Source: a virus (Duplodnaviria; Caudoviricetes). Taken from it: a stretch of 46,839 nucleotides of DNA. Below the pieces are notes generated by a model that was not told the origin of the DNA, searched no databases, and saw only the letters and a list, made by a program, of their open reading frames with translations. The position numbers and the translations under genes are program-made. Every line of letters begins with the position of its first letter. Position 1 is the first letter of the stretch. Below, piece by piece: positions 37,611-45,931 of this stretch. The DNA lies in the IMG/VR virus record IMGVR_UViG_3300035049_000443, positions 1 through 46,839 of that record; one strand, given 5' to 3'.

Positions 37611-39104
37611 ATGATTAAGTATAAAGGCAAAGTATTAACGCCTGAACAAGAAAGTCATGTCCTAAAGATTACCGGCAGCCAAGATAACTATGCAATCCAA
37701 GCTCCGCCCGGTTCCGGAAAGACATTCCTTCTACTCGCTTTAGCCCGCAAAATGTCCGGCTATGGCCTGAATGTTAGTTTTAACAAACTCCTGGCAATAG
37801 AAGCCCAGAAGAAGTTCACACCATCTGTGCTGTGCAAAACTGGCCATGCCCTGGCATATGGTGAATGCGGCCATAAGTATAAAAAGCGCCTAAAGAAGCT
37901 AACTGGCAAACTTCTATCTGATGTTGAAGATATTGGGGACTGGCAAATGTTCAACAGCCCCGCGAATAAAGGATACCTAATCCTCCATACGATCCGGAGA
38001 TATTGTTATAGCTCCGATCCAGTTGTGCTGCCTCGCCATGTACCGCAACTCACAATTCTGCAAGAAGCCGACATCGAATGGATGCGAGAGGATCTGGTAA
38101 AACAAAGCCAGTTAATTTTCAACAAAATGTCCAGCACTGACAGTGAGCTACCTGTCACTCACGATGTGTACCTCAAAATCTGGGCATTAACCAACCCAAT
38201 CATTCGGAAGGACTACATCTTCTTTGACGAATATCAAGACAGCAACCCGGTCATTGCAGACACAATCAAAAGACAGAAGTGCCAAAAGATTTTTGTTGGA
38301 GACGCATTCCAGCAAATCTACAGCTGGCGTGGGGCCGTAAATGCATTAAAGGACACATCCCTGGATAAGCTCTACATTACGCAGTCCTTCAGATTTGGTG
38401 ATGCCATAGCTGCTATGTGTAACACAATCATTACCAGCTACTACTCATATGAATTTCCATACCAGCCATTTTATGGCAACCCAGATGTAAGCTCAAAAGT
38501 ATTTTATGACAATCCTCCTATGCCGGATTGCATCATCTGCCGGACCAACAAAGGCGTAATCCAATCCACCATCCAAATGCTGGATAATGATTTTTCTGTC
38601 CACATACTCGGAGGCACTCAACCATTGACATACCTGATTAATTCCATTTATCAACTCAAGTTGAAGAACTTCACCAATCATCCGGATCTGTTCCTTTTTA
38701 AGAGCTTCCAAGAGTTAAAAGAATATGCTGAGTCCGACATGGGCGGGGATCTGAAGCCAGTTCTTAAACTGCTTGATACTTATGGCAGGGAACGACTGCT
38801 TAACATTCTTGAATCAACAACTGATAATGCTGATGAGGCTGATGTGACCATTACAACTGCGCACAAAGCCAAAGGTTTAGAGTGGCCAACAGTGAGGCTT
38901 GCAAATGATTTCAAGTTTGCCACAGAAGATGGAACTCCCAGCCAGGAGGAAACTAACATCTTGTATGTCGCCGCATCTCGAGCACTCCACAACCTTGATT
39001 TAAGTCAATGCCTGGCTACGTCTCCAATGAGTCTAAATCAGGCCAAAAAGAATCAGTACGAAAAATGGCAACTTGAACAAACTATAAATAACACACAATC
39101 TTGA
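37611..39104 (+). CDS. SF1 UvrD-like DNA helicase
   Basis: APPGSGKT, DEYQD, VGD..QQIYSWRGA, SFRFG, TAHKAKGLEW, YVAASRA; start at ATG 37611 (SD AAAGGAG). Confidence 0.93.
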   Translation: MIKYKGKVLTPEQESHVLKITGSQDNYAIQAPPGSGKTFLLLALARKMSGYGLNVSFNKLLAIEAQKKFTPSVLCKTGHALAYGECGHKYKKRLKKLTGKLLSDVEDIGDWQMFNSPANKGYLILHTIRRYCYSSDPVVLPRHVPQLTILQEADIEWMREDLVKQSQLIFNKMSSTDSELPVTHDVYLKIWALTNPIIRKDYIFFDEYQDSNPVIADTIKRQKCQKIFVGDAFQQIYSWRGAVNALKDTSLDKLYITQSFRFGDAIAAMCNTIITSYYSYEFPYQPFYGNPDVSSKVFYDNPPMPDCIICRTNKGVIQSTIQMLDNDFSVHILGGTQPLTYLINSIYQLKLKNFTNHPDLFLFKSFQELKEYAESDMGGDLKPVLKLLDTYGRERLLNILESTTDNADEADVTITTAHKAKGLEWPTVRLANDFKFATEDGTPSQEETNILYVAASRALHNLDLSQCLATSPMSLNQAKKNQYEKWQLEQTINNTQS

Positions 39105-39117
39105 AAGGAGCAAACTC

Positions 39118-39606
39118 ATGAAAATCACATCTTATTGGCAGGCCGAAACTGGCTTTTATGACGAAAAAGTTGGTCGCTACACCAGGAGAAGATTTACCGA
39201 TATTAAGGAAAAAGTATTAGAAACAGAAATACGTATCTCTGAATACAATAACCAACCTGTACTCCAATTCATTGGAGGTCCAACCGGATATGAATCTTAC
39301 TACCTCTCTGATTTGATACCACTTCTGGATGAGCCAGATAATGAAAGAAAGTGGGTAATCTGTGCAGGCACTATAAATTCTTGGCCGCGCTGCTGGGTTA
39401 AGATTGGCGAGCTGAAGAAAGTTATTCAGCATTTTAAAGAAGACTCACCTCACTGGACAGATAAACATATTACGGTTGCTATAGATGACAATAACGAACC
39501 AATCTTTACAGCCTGGGATGAAAGCGGTGCAAACAATATTGGAGAGTTTTCAACACATGAGAAAGCCAAAGAGGCCTTAATTGAATATGCTAAAACCCTT
39601 AACTAA
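39118..39606 (+). CDS. Hypothetical protein, 162 aa
   Basis: SD AAAGGAG. Confidence 0.75.
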   Translation: MKITSYWQAETGFYDEKVGRYTRRRFTDIKEKVLETEIRISEYNNQPVLQFIGGPTGYESYYLSDLIPLLDEPDNERKWVICAGTINSWPRCWVKIGELKKVIQHFKEDSPHWTDKHITVAIDDNNEPIFTAWDESGANNIGEFSTHEKAKEALIEYAKTLN

Positions 39607-39621
39607 GAAAGGAACTTTACC

Positions 39622-39786
39622 ATGCCTATTTCAAAAAGAAAGCTGAATAAGTACCGCAAGGATGCATTGAAAACCAGAATTAATTGTCTACCTGATTCTA
39701 AACGCAAAATCCAGGCTGAGATCATCCTTGAGTTGACCCGCGAACTCTTGGACCAGGAACTTCTTAAAGAAGCTAAAAAGGAGTAA
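39622..39786 (+). CDS. Hypothetical protein, 54 aa (below the ORF-track cutoff)
   Basis: Hand translation MPISKRKLNKYRKDAL...; SD AAAGGA; fills operon gap. Confidence 0.7.
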   Translation: MPISKRKLNKYRKDALKTRINCLPDSKRKIQAEIILELTRELLDQELLKEAKKE

Positions 39787-39788
39787 TT

Positions 39789-39980
39789 ATGTCAAAAACA
39801 ATTGAAGTTGCCATAGAAGTTAAAGGCAAAACAGATGCAGCAATATTTGTAACTGACGGAAACGAATCTGCATGGCTGCCGAAATCACAAATTGAAAATG
39901 GGCCAGACTCGTTTGAAATCGGCCAGGTGTATGAAATAACAATTCCAGAATGGCTGGCATTGAAGAAAGGACTCATATGA
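39789..39980 (+). CDS. Small beta-rich phage protein, 63 aa
   Basis: TDAAI.V.DG...WLPKSQI...IPEWLA.KKGL motif. Confidence 0.8.
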   Translation: MSKTIEVAIEVKGKTDAAIFVTDGNESAWLPKSQIENGPDSFEIGQVYEITIPEWLALKKGLI

Positions 39981-40051
39981 TAAAAGAAACTTTAATATTA
40001 AATATAATCCTATTTATTATAGGCTTTATACTCGGATTAATTTTCGGTTAG
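39977..40051 (+). CDS. 24-aa single-helix membrane peptide
   Basis: MIKETLILNIILFIIGFILGLIFG; ATGA overlap, SD AAGGA. Confidence 0.5.
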   Translation: MIKETLILNIILFIIGFILGLIFG

Positions 40052-40060
40052 GAGAAAATC

Positions 40061-40315
40061 ATGCCAACTAAAGAAGTAACCACAATTCAATATGAAGCCA
40101 GTGATGGAACACTACATCCAACATATCAAGAAGCTTCTGCTCATGAGGCAAAACAAGAGTTTGTTTCGTGGTATAATCATAGACACGATCTCATTTCTTC
40201 TTGTGGAGAAAGCATAATTGATATTGAGGATATATTGATTTGGATTGAAGAGAATAAAGATTATCTCAGTTCTTTTTTCTTTAAACTAAACAGAACAAAG
40301 CCGTGGGTAAAGTAA
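40061..40315 (+). CDS. Hypothetical protein, 84 aa
   Basis: YEASDGT.H....EA..HE motif; SD AGGAG. Confidence 0.75.
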   Translation: MPTKEVTTIQYEASDGTLHPTYQEASAHEAKQEFVSWYNHRHDLISSCGESIIDIEDILIWIEENKDYLSSFFFKLNRTKPWVK

Positions 40316-41010
40316 TGAAAATCATAGATCAAAGCTACGAAATCATCAGTCTGCCGGACAATCTGCTTAGAGCTATCGAACAGGCCGGGCGTGTGTGTTA
40401 TCAAAGCTCTAATAAGATAGGATGTACAGATGATGCATGCACACAACCACAGTTTAATAGAGCTTTCCAAGATGACAATAATCTTTGGGAATGCGATCCA
40501 AAATGTCCGAAACACTCTTCCTATAAATTCATCAAAATGCTCCGGGACAAGAAACACCATGCCATGATTGAGTTCGGTGACATCATTGTTCGTTTTATAA
40601 CCAACCGGGGCGTGACCCATGAACTGGTACGGCACAGGCTATGTAGCTTTGCTCAAGAGAGTACAAGATATGTTAAATATGATGGTCAGATGGAGTTTAT
40701 TAGACCTGTCTGGATTCCTTCTAACATAACGGACGATATGCGAGCCTATCATACTTGGTACTTTGCTTGTCAAACAGCAGAAGAGCGTTATAGACAGTTG
40801 CTTAAAGATAACTGGCGACCAGAACAAGCCCGGGAAGTGCTGCCCAATTCTCTGAAAACCGAAATCGTGGTCAAAGCCAACATTCGAGAATGGCGGCATA
40901 TTTTTCAGCTCCGTACATCTAAGAAGGCCCATCCTCAGATGCGAGCACTAATGTTGCCCTTATTAAAAGAGTTACAGACCTGCCTGCCTGTTGTTTTTGA
41001 CGATATTTAA
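40315..41010 (+). CDS. thyX: FAD-dependent thymidylate synthase ThyX
   Basis: AGRVCY.S, RGVTHELVRHRLCSFAQESTRY, QAREVLPNS, AHPQMR; TAATG overlap gives start 40315. Confidence 0.95.
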   Translation: MKIIDQSYEIISLPDNLLRAIEQAGRVCYQSSNKIGCTDDACTQPQFNRAFQDDNNLWECDPKCPKHSSYKFIKMLRDKKHHAMIEFGDIIVRFITNRGVTHELVRHRLCSFAQESTRYVKYDGQMEFIRPVWIPSNITDDMRAYHTWYFACQTAEERYRQLLKDNWRPEQAREVLPNSLKTEIVVKANIREWRHIFQLRTSKKAHPQMRALMLPLLKELQTCLPVVFDDI

Positions 41011-41026
41011 TGAAAGGAGACTAATT

Positions 41027-41353
41027 ATGACGACTAACACCCAGACATACACTCAAACTGAAGGTATCATTCGCAAAGTATTTGCTGTCGACTTTGATGG
41101 CATCTTAACTGATAATAACTATGCCAATCCAGCGCCAGTCCCTCGGGTGTGTGACAAAGTCCAGGAGCTTTACAACAATGGTCATATCATCATCATCTGG
41201 ACAGCCAGGCCATGGAGTTATGCCCCGCAGCTGGTGGCTTGGCTGACAAGGTTTGACGTGCCTTTTCATGGCATCCAGATGTTCAAAGGTGGTGCTGATG
41301 CATATGTGGATGATAAAAACATGGCCCTACGTACAATGATGGGCCTGGAATAA
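41027..41353 (+). CDS. HAD-superfamily phosphatase-like protein
   Basis: VDFDG motif I, WTAR motif II, K...D.YVDDK motifs III/IV. Confidence 0.85.
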   Translation: MTTNTQTYTQTEGIIRKVFAVDFDGILTDNNYANPAPVPRVCDKVQELYNNGHIIIIWTARPWSYAPQLVAWLTRFDVPFHGIQMFKGGADAYVDDKNMALRTMMGLE

Positions 41354-41364
41354 GGAGATTTCTT

Positions 41365-41547
41365 ATGACTGTCAATGAACTTAAGGAATTTCTCTTGACG
41401 TGCCCACCACAGGCAGAAGTCTTCATCCAGACAGAACGCTTAGCTGACCATGGTCACGCATCAGCTCTGGCAACTGCATATGAACTGAGTCATCCAGCTG
41501 AGAAGAGGTCGCCGATTGTTTTACTTGTACCAAAGATTTTAACATAA
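41365..41547 (+). CDS. Hypothetical protein, 60 aa
   Basis: MTV.EL..L...P..AEV pattern; SD AAGGAG. Confidence 0.7.
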   Translation: MTVNELKEFLLTCPPQAEVFIQTERLADHGHASALATAYELSHPAEKRSPIVLLVPKILT

Positions 41548-41572
41548 AGAAGATTATAGTATTGGAGGACTC

Positions 41573-42208
41573 ATGGCACACGAAGAACTGAAAAAACAGT
41601 ATGAGGAAGATTGGCAGAAATATCGAGGCAACACATATAAAATGTGGGAGTTTAAAAGCCCAGGGGGTCACGGATGGGAACATTTGTCTGGCCCGCCCTG
41701 TTGGGACCGCTTCAACCAATACCGCCGCAAAAACCCACCCTTTGAACCTGAATATTTCTCCGGCCTGAACTGGCGGGATGCGGAGAAGCTGGTAGGGAAG
41801 CTGGTGGAGTTTACGGACGATCCAGGTTCTAACGAGTGGGAGTCTGGAGTGCTTCAATGTTTAGATTTTAAGGGTGGCCGTCGATTTAAAGTGAAAAATA
41901 ACTACCATTTCGAATACATCCGCACAACTCCCGAAACCCACGCCCATCCAACCATCACCCTGACCGTCAACGGGCGGGAGTGGGTGCTGCCGAGGCCGGA
42001 GGTTGAGGCACCTGAAAGACATACGCCTTATTTTCGAGTAAGAGCAAATGATGAAGTAACAAAATATTATTGGCAAGGAGGTCAAGTTGAGATTGATTGG
42101 CTTGATAATGGTCATGTTCACTTAACCAAAGACCGCGCCCAGGCATGGACAGACTGGTGGGAGAACACCGTCATTGCGGCAATCAAAGCCAGTAACAGCC
42201 TGAGTTGA
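41573..42208 (+). CDS. Hypothetical Trp-rich phage protein, 211 aa
   Basis: SD GGAGG; WEF...W....P.W....YRRK motif. Confidence 0.75.
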   Translation: MAHEELKKQYEEDWQKYRGNTYKMWEFKSPGGHGWEHLSGPPCWDRFNQYRRKNPPFEPEYFSGLNWRDAEKLVGKLVEFTDDPGSNEWESGVLQCLDFKGGRRFKVKNNYHFEYIRTTPETHAHPTITLTVNGREWVLPRPEVEAPERHTPYFRVRANDEVTKYYWQGGQVEIDWLDNGHVHLTKDRAQAWTDWWENTVIAAIKASNSLS

Positions 42209-42262
42209 GATTGTCAAGGTTTTGGAGGCACTTTTTATTTTTTTTAATAGGTCACTTTTTTG

Positions 42263-42291
42263 TTGACAAACACGACAAACCGTGGTATAAA
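42263..42291 (+). promoter_or_regulatory. Strong sigma70 promoter of the recombination operon
   Basis: TTGACA-N17-TATAAA, CGTGG extended -10, T-rich upstream element. Confidence 0.8.
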
Positions 42292-42388
42292 CAAGGTGTC
42301 AAAATAAGTTTTTCCGGACATTTTTCCGGCAACTCGGCAGGATGGCCTGCCAATTAAACGTTTAATTCATTTCAAAAGGAGTAACATC

Positions 42389-42745
42389 ATGATTAAAGTC
42401 GTCTCAAATGCAGCCAAACGTGAACTTACCTTGGACGAACCGGCAGTCCTCACAATGGGAACGCTGTCTGAACTGGCCGAAGCCTTGGGGGAAGATCTGG
42501 CGGTCCAGAAGATCAAGGCACAGCTCAAGGTGGACTTCCGCGCTATGGTACGGCGCAAAATGGAAGAAGTCGATGACAATGGCGATCCGGTCAATTCTGA
42601 TGAGGCCATTACCTCTGAAGATTATTCTGACTGGAAGCCCAGCCTCCGGATCGTCAAAACTCCCGAAGAGCGGGCCAAAGAAGCTCTTGGCAATCTGCCG
42701 CCTGAAGTTCGTGAAGCTATTCTGGCACAGTTCCAGAATATGTAA
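42389..42745 (+). CDS. Hypothetical protein, 118 aa (C-terminal LPPEVR motif)
   Basis: SD AAAGGAG; first gene after promoter. Confidence 0.85.
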   Translation: MIKVVSNAAKRELTLDEPAVLTMGTLSELAEALGEDLAVQKIKAQLKVDFRAMVRRKMEEVDDNGDPVNSDEAITSEDYSDWKPSLRIVKTPEERAKEALGNLPPEVREAILAQFQNM

Positions 42746-42765
42746 CACTTTGGCTGCATAACAGT

Positions 42766-42875
42766 AACCGGGCCGGAGAGATTATTGCTCCTGGCCAGGT
42801 GTTTGCTTTGATACATCGTCCCGGAACAGGGTAATTTTTTCCGGTCATTGCCAGTAGCAAACCTCCGGCCCGGTT
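42766..42875 (+). ncRNA. Candidate structured RNA (long stem closing a three-way junction)
   Basis: 13-bp perfect outer stem, 10/11-bp inner stem and two internal hairpins, fully intergenic. Confidence 0.6.
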
Positions 42876-42917
42876 TTCAACCAACAACCATCCTTCAATA
42901 TCCGAAAGGAAATAACA

Positions 42918-43133
42918 ATGAACTTTTTAAAAAAACTAAAATTGGTTTTTTCTTATGGCCCAGAATTAGAAAAGATTTTAGTGCAAAAAAGAGAAGAAAT
43001 TCTTGCAGCTGAAAGAGAAAAAACTAAAGACTATTTAAACTTATGTGCTCGGCATCAACAAGCACATTATGGAGCTACATATACTGAAAAAAACTGTGAT
43101 TATTGTAAATTACTTAAAGCATTAAAAGAATAA
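42918..43133 (+). CDS. AT-rich small protein with CxxH...CxxC, 71 aa
   Basis: SD AAAGGA; flanked by 30-bp direct repeats. Confidence 0.7.
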   Translation: MNFLKKLKLVFSYGPELEKILVQKREEILAAEREKTKDYLNLCARHQQAHYGATYTEKNCDYCKLLKALKE

Positions 43134-43163
43134 CTGTCCTTCAATCCCCGAAAGGAAATTAAA

Positions 43164-44147
43164 ATGGATTACAGAGAAAAGATCGACTACAGTTCTCTCT
43201 CAACCTATATGAACTGTCCTCGCGAGTTTCTTTTCCAATATGTTATGAACCTCAGACCAATCGGTACTTCTATCCATCTCGTGTTCGGCGCCTGCTGGCA
43301 CTATGGCCTGGAAGTTGCCTACAACACCATTAAAGAAAACCCCACCAGTATCACTCCCATGGATGCCACCATCATTTCCATTAAAGCCTTTAACCAGCTC
43401 TGGAAACTTGATGGTGAACCGCACTTCCCTGATGAAGACATCATCTTTCCAAAGTCTCCTGGCCATGCTGCGAATATGTACAAGGAATACTGGAATCGCT
43501 TTCTGCCACTGGATACTCGGGACACATCAATCCTGGCTGTAGAAGCTCCTTTTGCGCTGAACGTAAACACTGAAGACGAATCAACAGTTCTTCCAAACTA
43601 CATCGGTAGGATGGATCTGATCCTTAAAGACGGTGACAAGGGGATTGACATCATTGATCATAAGACAGCCAAGGCTCTATATAAAACGACACCTCAGTCT
43701 TTTGAAGCCTCATTCCAGACTGACGGCTATCTCACGGCTGGCAGAATCTATTATGACAAAATCCCGAGTATTACTTATCGCATGGCCTTGTGTCAAAAGA
43801 GTAAAATTGCTTTCGAACCGATTGTTATCAACAAACGAGCAACTGCTATTGACCATTTTTTGCATAACCTTGTTCATTATATGAAAGAGATCATTCACAA
43901 CCTTGACTTGTTGGAGCAAGACAAGGTAATGTGTCGCAACCGCACGGATGTTCTCAAATCTTTCAATCGCAAACCTGGATATGCCTGCACCACATTCTCC
44001 ACTACTTGCGCATACTATGATCTTTGCTTTGCTCGGAATAATCCGCTACTCTGGATAGATCGCGCTCCTCAGCGATTCTACTTCAATGAGTGGGACCCTG
44101 AAGAGCATGAAGCAGCAACAAAGAAACGCCTGGAAGAAGCAGAATAA
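43164..44147 (+). CDS. PD-(D/E)XK Cas4/RecB-like exonuclease with putative Fe-S cysteines
   Basis: YSSLSTYMNCPR, VEAPF, GRMDLI...IIDHKT, C-terminal C-x6-C-x5-C. Confidence 0.88.
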   Translation: MDYREKIDYSSLSTYMNCPREFLFQYVMNLRPIGTSIHLVFGACWHYGLEVAYNTIKENPTSITPMDATIISIKAFNQLWKLDGEPHFPDEDIIFPKSPGHAANMYKEYWNRFLPLDTRDTSILAVEAPFALNVNTEDESTVLPNYIGRMDLILKDGDKGIDIIDHKTAKALYKTTPQSFEASFQTDGYLTAGRIYYDKIPSITYRMALCQKSKIAFEPIVINKRATAIDHFLHNLVHYMKEIIHNLDLLEQDKVMCRNRTDVLKSFNRKPGYACTTFSTTCAYYDLCFARNNPLLWIDRAPQRFYFNEWDPEEHEAATKKRLEEAE

Positions 44148-44173
44148 AAATAATACTTTTTATTTGAGGTAGA

Positions 44174-44392
44174 ATGATGAATGACAATATAACTGAAGAA
44201 GTTAAAACATACTACTTTACTTTCACCCAGCGCAGCGAACTCAAAAATCATTATGTAGCCATCAAAGATACATATGTAAACGCGCGAAATCGTATGGTAA
44301 ATATTTTTGGCAGCGCCTGGGCATTTCAATACGACTCTAAAGAAGCAGCCGGAGTTGATCGCTTCAACCTGGCCTGTCTCATAACACTTTAA
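44174..44392 (+). CDS. Hypothetical phage protein, 72 aa
   Basis: YYFTF...YV.I.....AR..M...FG..WAFQY motif; SD GAGG. Confidence 0.8.
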   Translation: MMNDNITEEVKTYYFTFTQRSELKNHYVAIKDTYVNARNRMVNIFGSAWAFQYDSKEAAGVDRFNLACLITL

Positions 44393-44417
44393 ATGAACAA
44401 CTCGGAGGAGGTTTCAA

Positions 44418-45269
44418 ATGGTAAATGTAACCGCAAGTAAACCAGGCATTCCAGGCCCAACAAAACCAGAGGTTCAGGCTGAGTCCAAATCTGGTTTTGG
44501 CAAAACTCCGCTTGTGTCTCGCCAGCGCAAGTTCGATCTCAAGTTTCTACTGACTGGCAACTCTGGTTCTGGCAAGACCCATTTTACAGCAACCTATACT
44601 GGCGGTCCTATCCATTATTATATGTTCGACAAAGGAGGTGAAAAGACAATAGAGAAAATGATGGGAAACAGAACTGACATTACAATGGATAACTTTTCAT
44701 CCAATGATGTTCTGTTTTCAGATTTTTGGAAGCAATTTCAGGATGACGGCAAGAACGAGTTCTTTGAACACTTGGCTGCAAACTCTGGCCTACTTGTTCT
44801 TGATTCTCTAACTAACGCTAACCGAAAAGCTATTGATGAAATCTGCAAGAAGTCTGGCGTAACTCCAAGTGGTATCGGCAAGAAGTTGGACAATAAACTC
44901 GGCATGGCTCAGCCGCATTGGGGTCAGCTGCTTAACTGGATGTCAACCCTCGTATCAGCGCTGCAAGAACTACCTTGCGCAGTTGCTGTAACAGTTCATC
45001 TTCACGTCCTGATGAACTCTAACCAAGAGGTTGTCGCTCGCTACCCTGCGGTAAATGGCCAGTTTCGCCAGCTCCTATCTGCGGATTTTGACGAGGCTTA
45101 TTTGCTCACAACTCAAGGCAGTAAACGAATGATTTACTTTACCGAAAAGCTGTCCTTTGAAGCAAAGTCACGTTCCTTTGATATGCCGTATATCACAGTA
45201 ACTGATTCCGGCATCACGATGGATAATTTGGTCAAGGCATATCTTAACCGCGAAACAGTTATTAAGTAA
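44418..45269 (+). CDS. Sak4-like (AAA_24) ATPase / annealase
   Basis: Walker A GNSGSGKT, Walker B LVLDSLT, AKSR near the C-terminus; between exonuclease and SSB. Confidence 0.8.
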   Translation: MVNVTASKPGIPGPTKPEVQAESKSGFGKTPLVSRQRKFDLKFLLTGNSGSGKTHFTATYTGGPIHYYMFDKGGEKTIEKMMGNRTDITMDNFSSNDVLFSDFWKQFQDDGKNEFFEHLAANSGLLVLDSLTNANRKAIDEICKKSGVTPSGIGKKLDNKLGMAQPHWGQLLNWMSTLVSALQELPCAVAVTVHLHVLMNSNQEVVARYPAVNGQFRQLLSADFDEAYLLTTQGSKRMIYFTEKLSFEAKSRSFDMPYITVTDSGITMDNLVKAYLNRETVIK

Positions 45270-45343
45270 CAAATCTTACCAACCCATGGCTGGGCATAGT
45301 GTCTGGTCTACAAAACATAACACCTTTTTAAAGGAGTATTATC

Positions 45344-45766
45344 ATGGCATTAATTCCAAGTTTAAGTGAAATCCCCGATCGCGCACCTGTAGAAGCAGGT
45401 GAGTATGACCTCAGAATTACCAAGGTCAAAGAGACCAAGTCCAACAAAACTGGCCGGTATGGATGCATGTTGATCTGCGAGATCGATGGCGAAGACAACG
45501 CTGAGACTGTCTTTCACACCCTGTGGTATGGTAACTTCAAAGATTACCAGAAAGATGATGAAGAAAAGAACAACATGATGTGGCGTATGGTGAAGGACTT
45601 TTTGCGCTCATTAGGACTTGATCCAGAGCAAGAGACTGACGAGTCAGACTTAACTGGACTCGAATTTACAGCAATGCTAACTTATAACGATGGTATGGAC
45701 ACAGATGATGACGGCAAACCAGTCAAGGTCGGCCCGTCCAGGAATGAGATTGCACAGATTCTGTAA
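45344..45766 (+). CDS. Single-stranded DNA-binding protein (DUF669-like OB fold)
   Basis: PVEAGEYDLRITKV...FL..LG...LTG....N EI pattern, acidic, adjacent to the Sak4-like gene. Confidence 0.75.
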   Translation: MALIPSLSEIPDRAPVEAGEYDLRITKVKETKSNKTGRYGCMLICEIDGEDNAETVFHTLWYGNFKDYQKDDEEKNNMMWRMVKDFLRSLGLDPEQETDESDLTGLEFTAMLTYNDGMDTDDDGKPVKVGPSRNEIAQIL

Positions 45767-45818
45767 TTCAGAATGGCCGTTCATAAAGTGAACACAACTT
45801 TGTGAACCACTAACCAGT

Positions 45819-45913
45819 CGGTGGGTAGCTTAATTAAAGCCCCGGCATTTATCAGAACTAATTCCAAGATTTTGTAATGTCGAAGATGTGGGTATCCAAT
45901 CCCACCCCACCAA
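45819..45913 (+). ncRNA. tRNA-like element with expanded anticodon arm (non-canonical or pseudo-tRNA)
   Basis: Acceptor GGTGGG/CCCACC, TA, D stem GCTT/AAGC, variable AGAT, T stem GTGGG/CCCAC; degenerate D/T loops; no encoded CCA. Confidence 0.65.
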
Positions 45914-45931
45914 CACACAAAGGAGAATAAA

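Noticed and set aside
42766-42875. 5S rRNA, SRP RNA or twister ribozyme identity for the structured RNA
   Set aside because: Size is similar, but the diagnostic conserved motifs and helix arrangement are not present
45634-45666. Hammerhead-like CTGACGA-GTC...GAC in the SSB gene
   Set aside because: GAAA does not follow the stem, stems I/III are missing, and it lies inside a CDS
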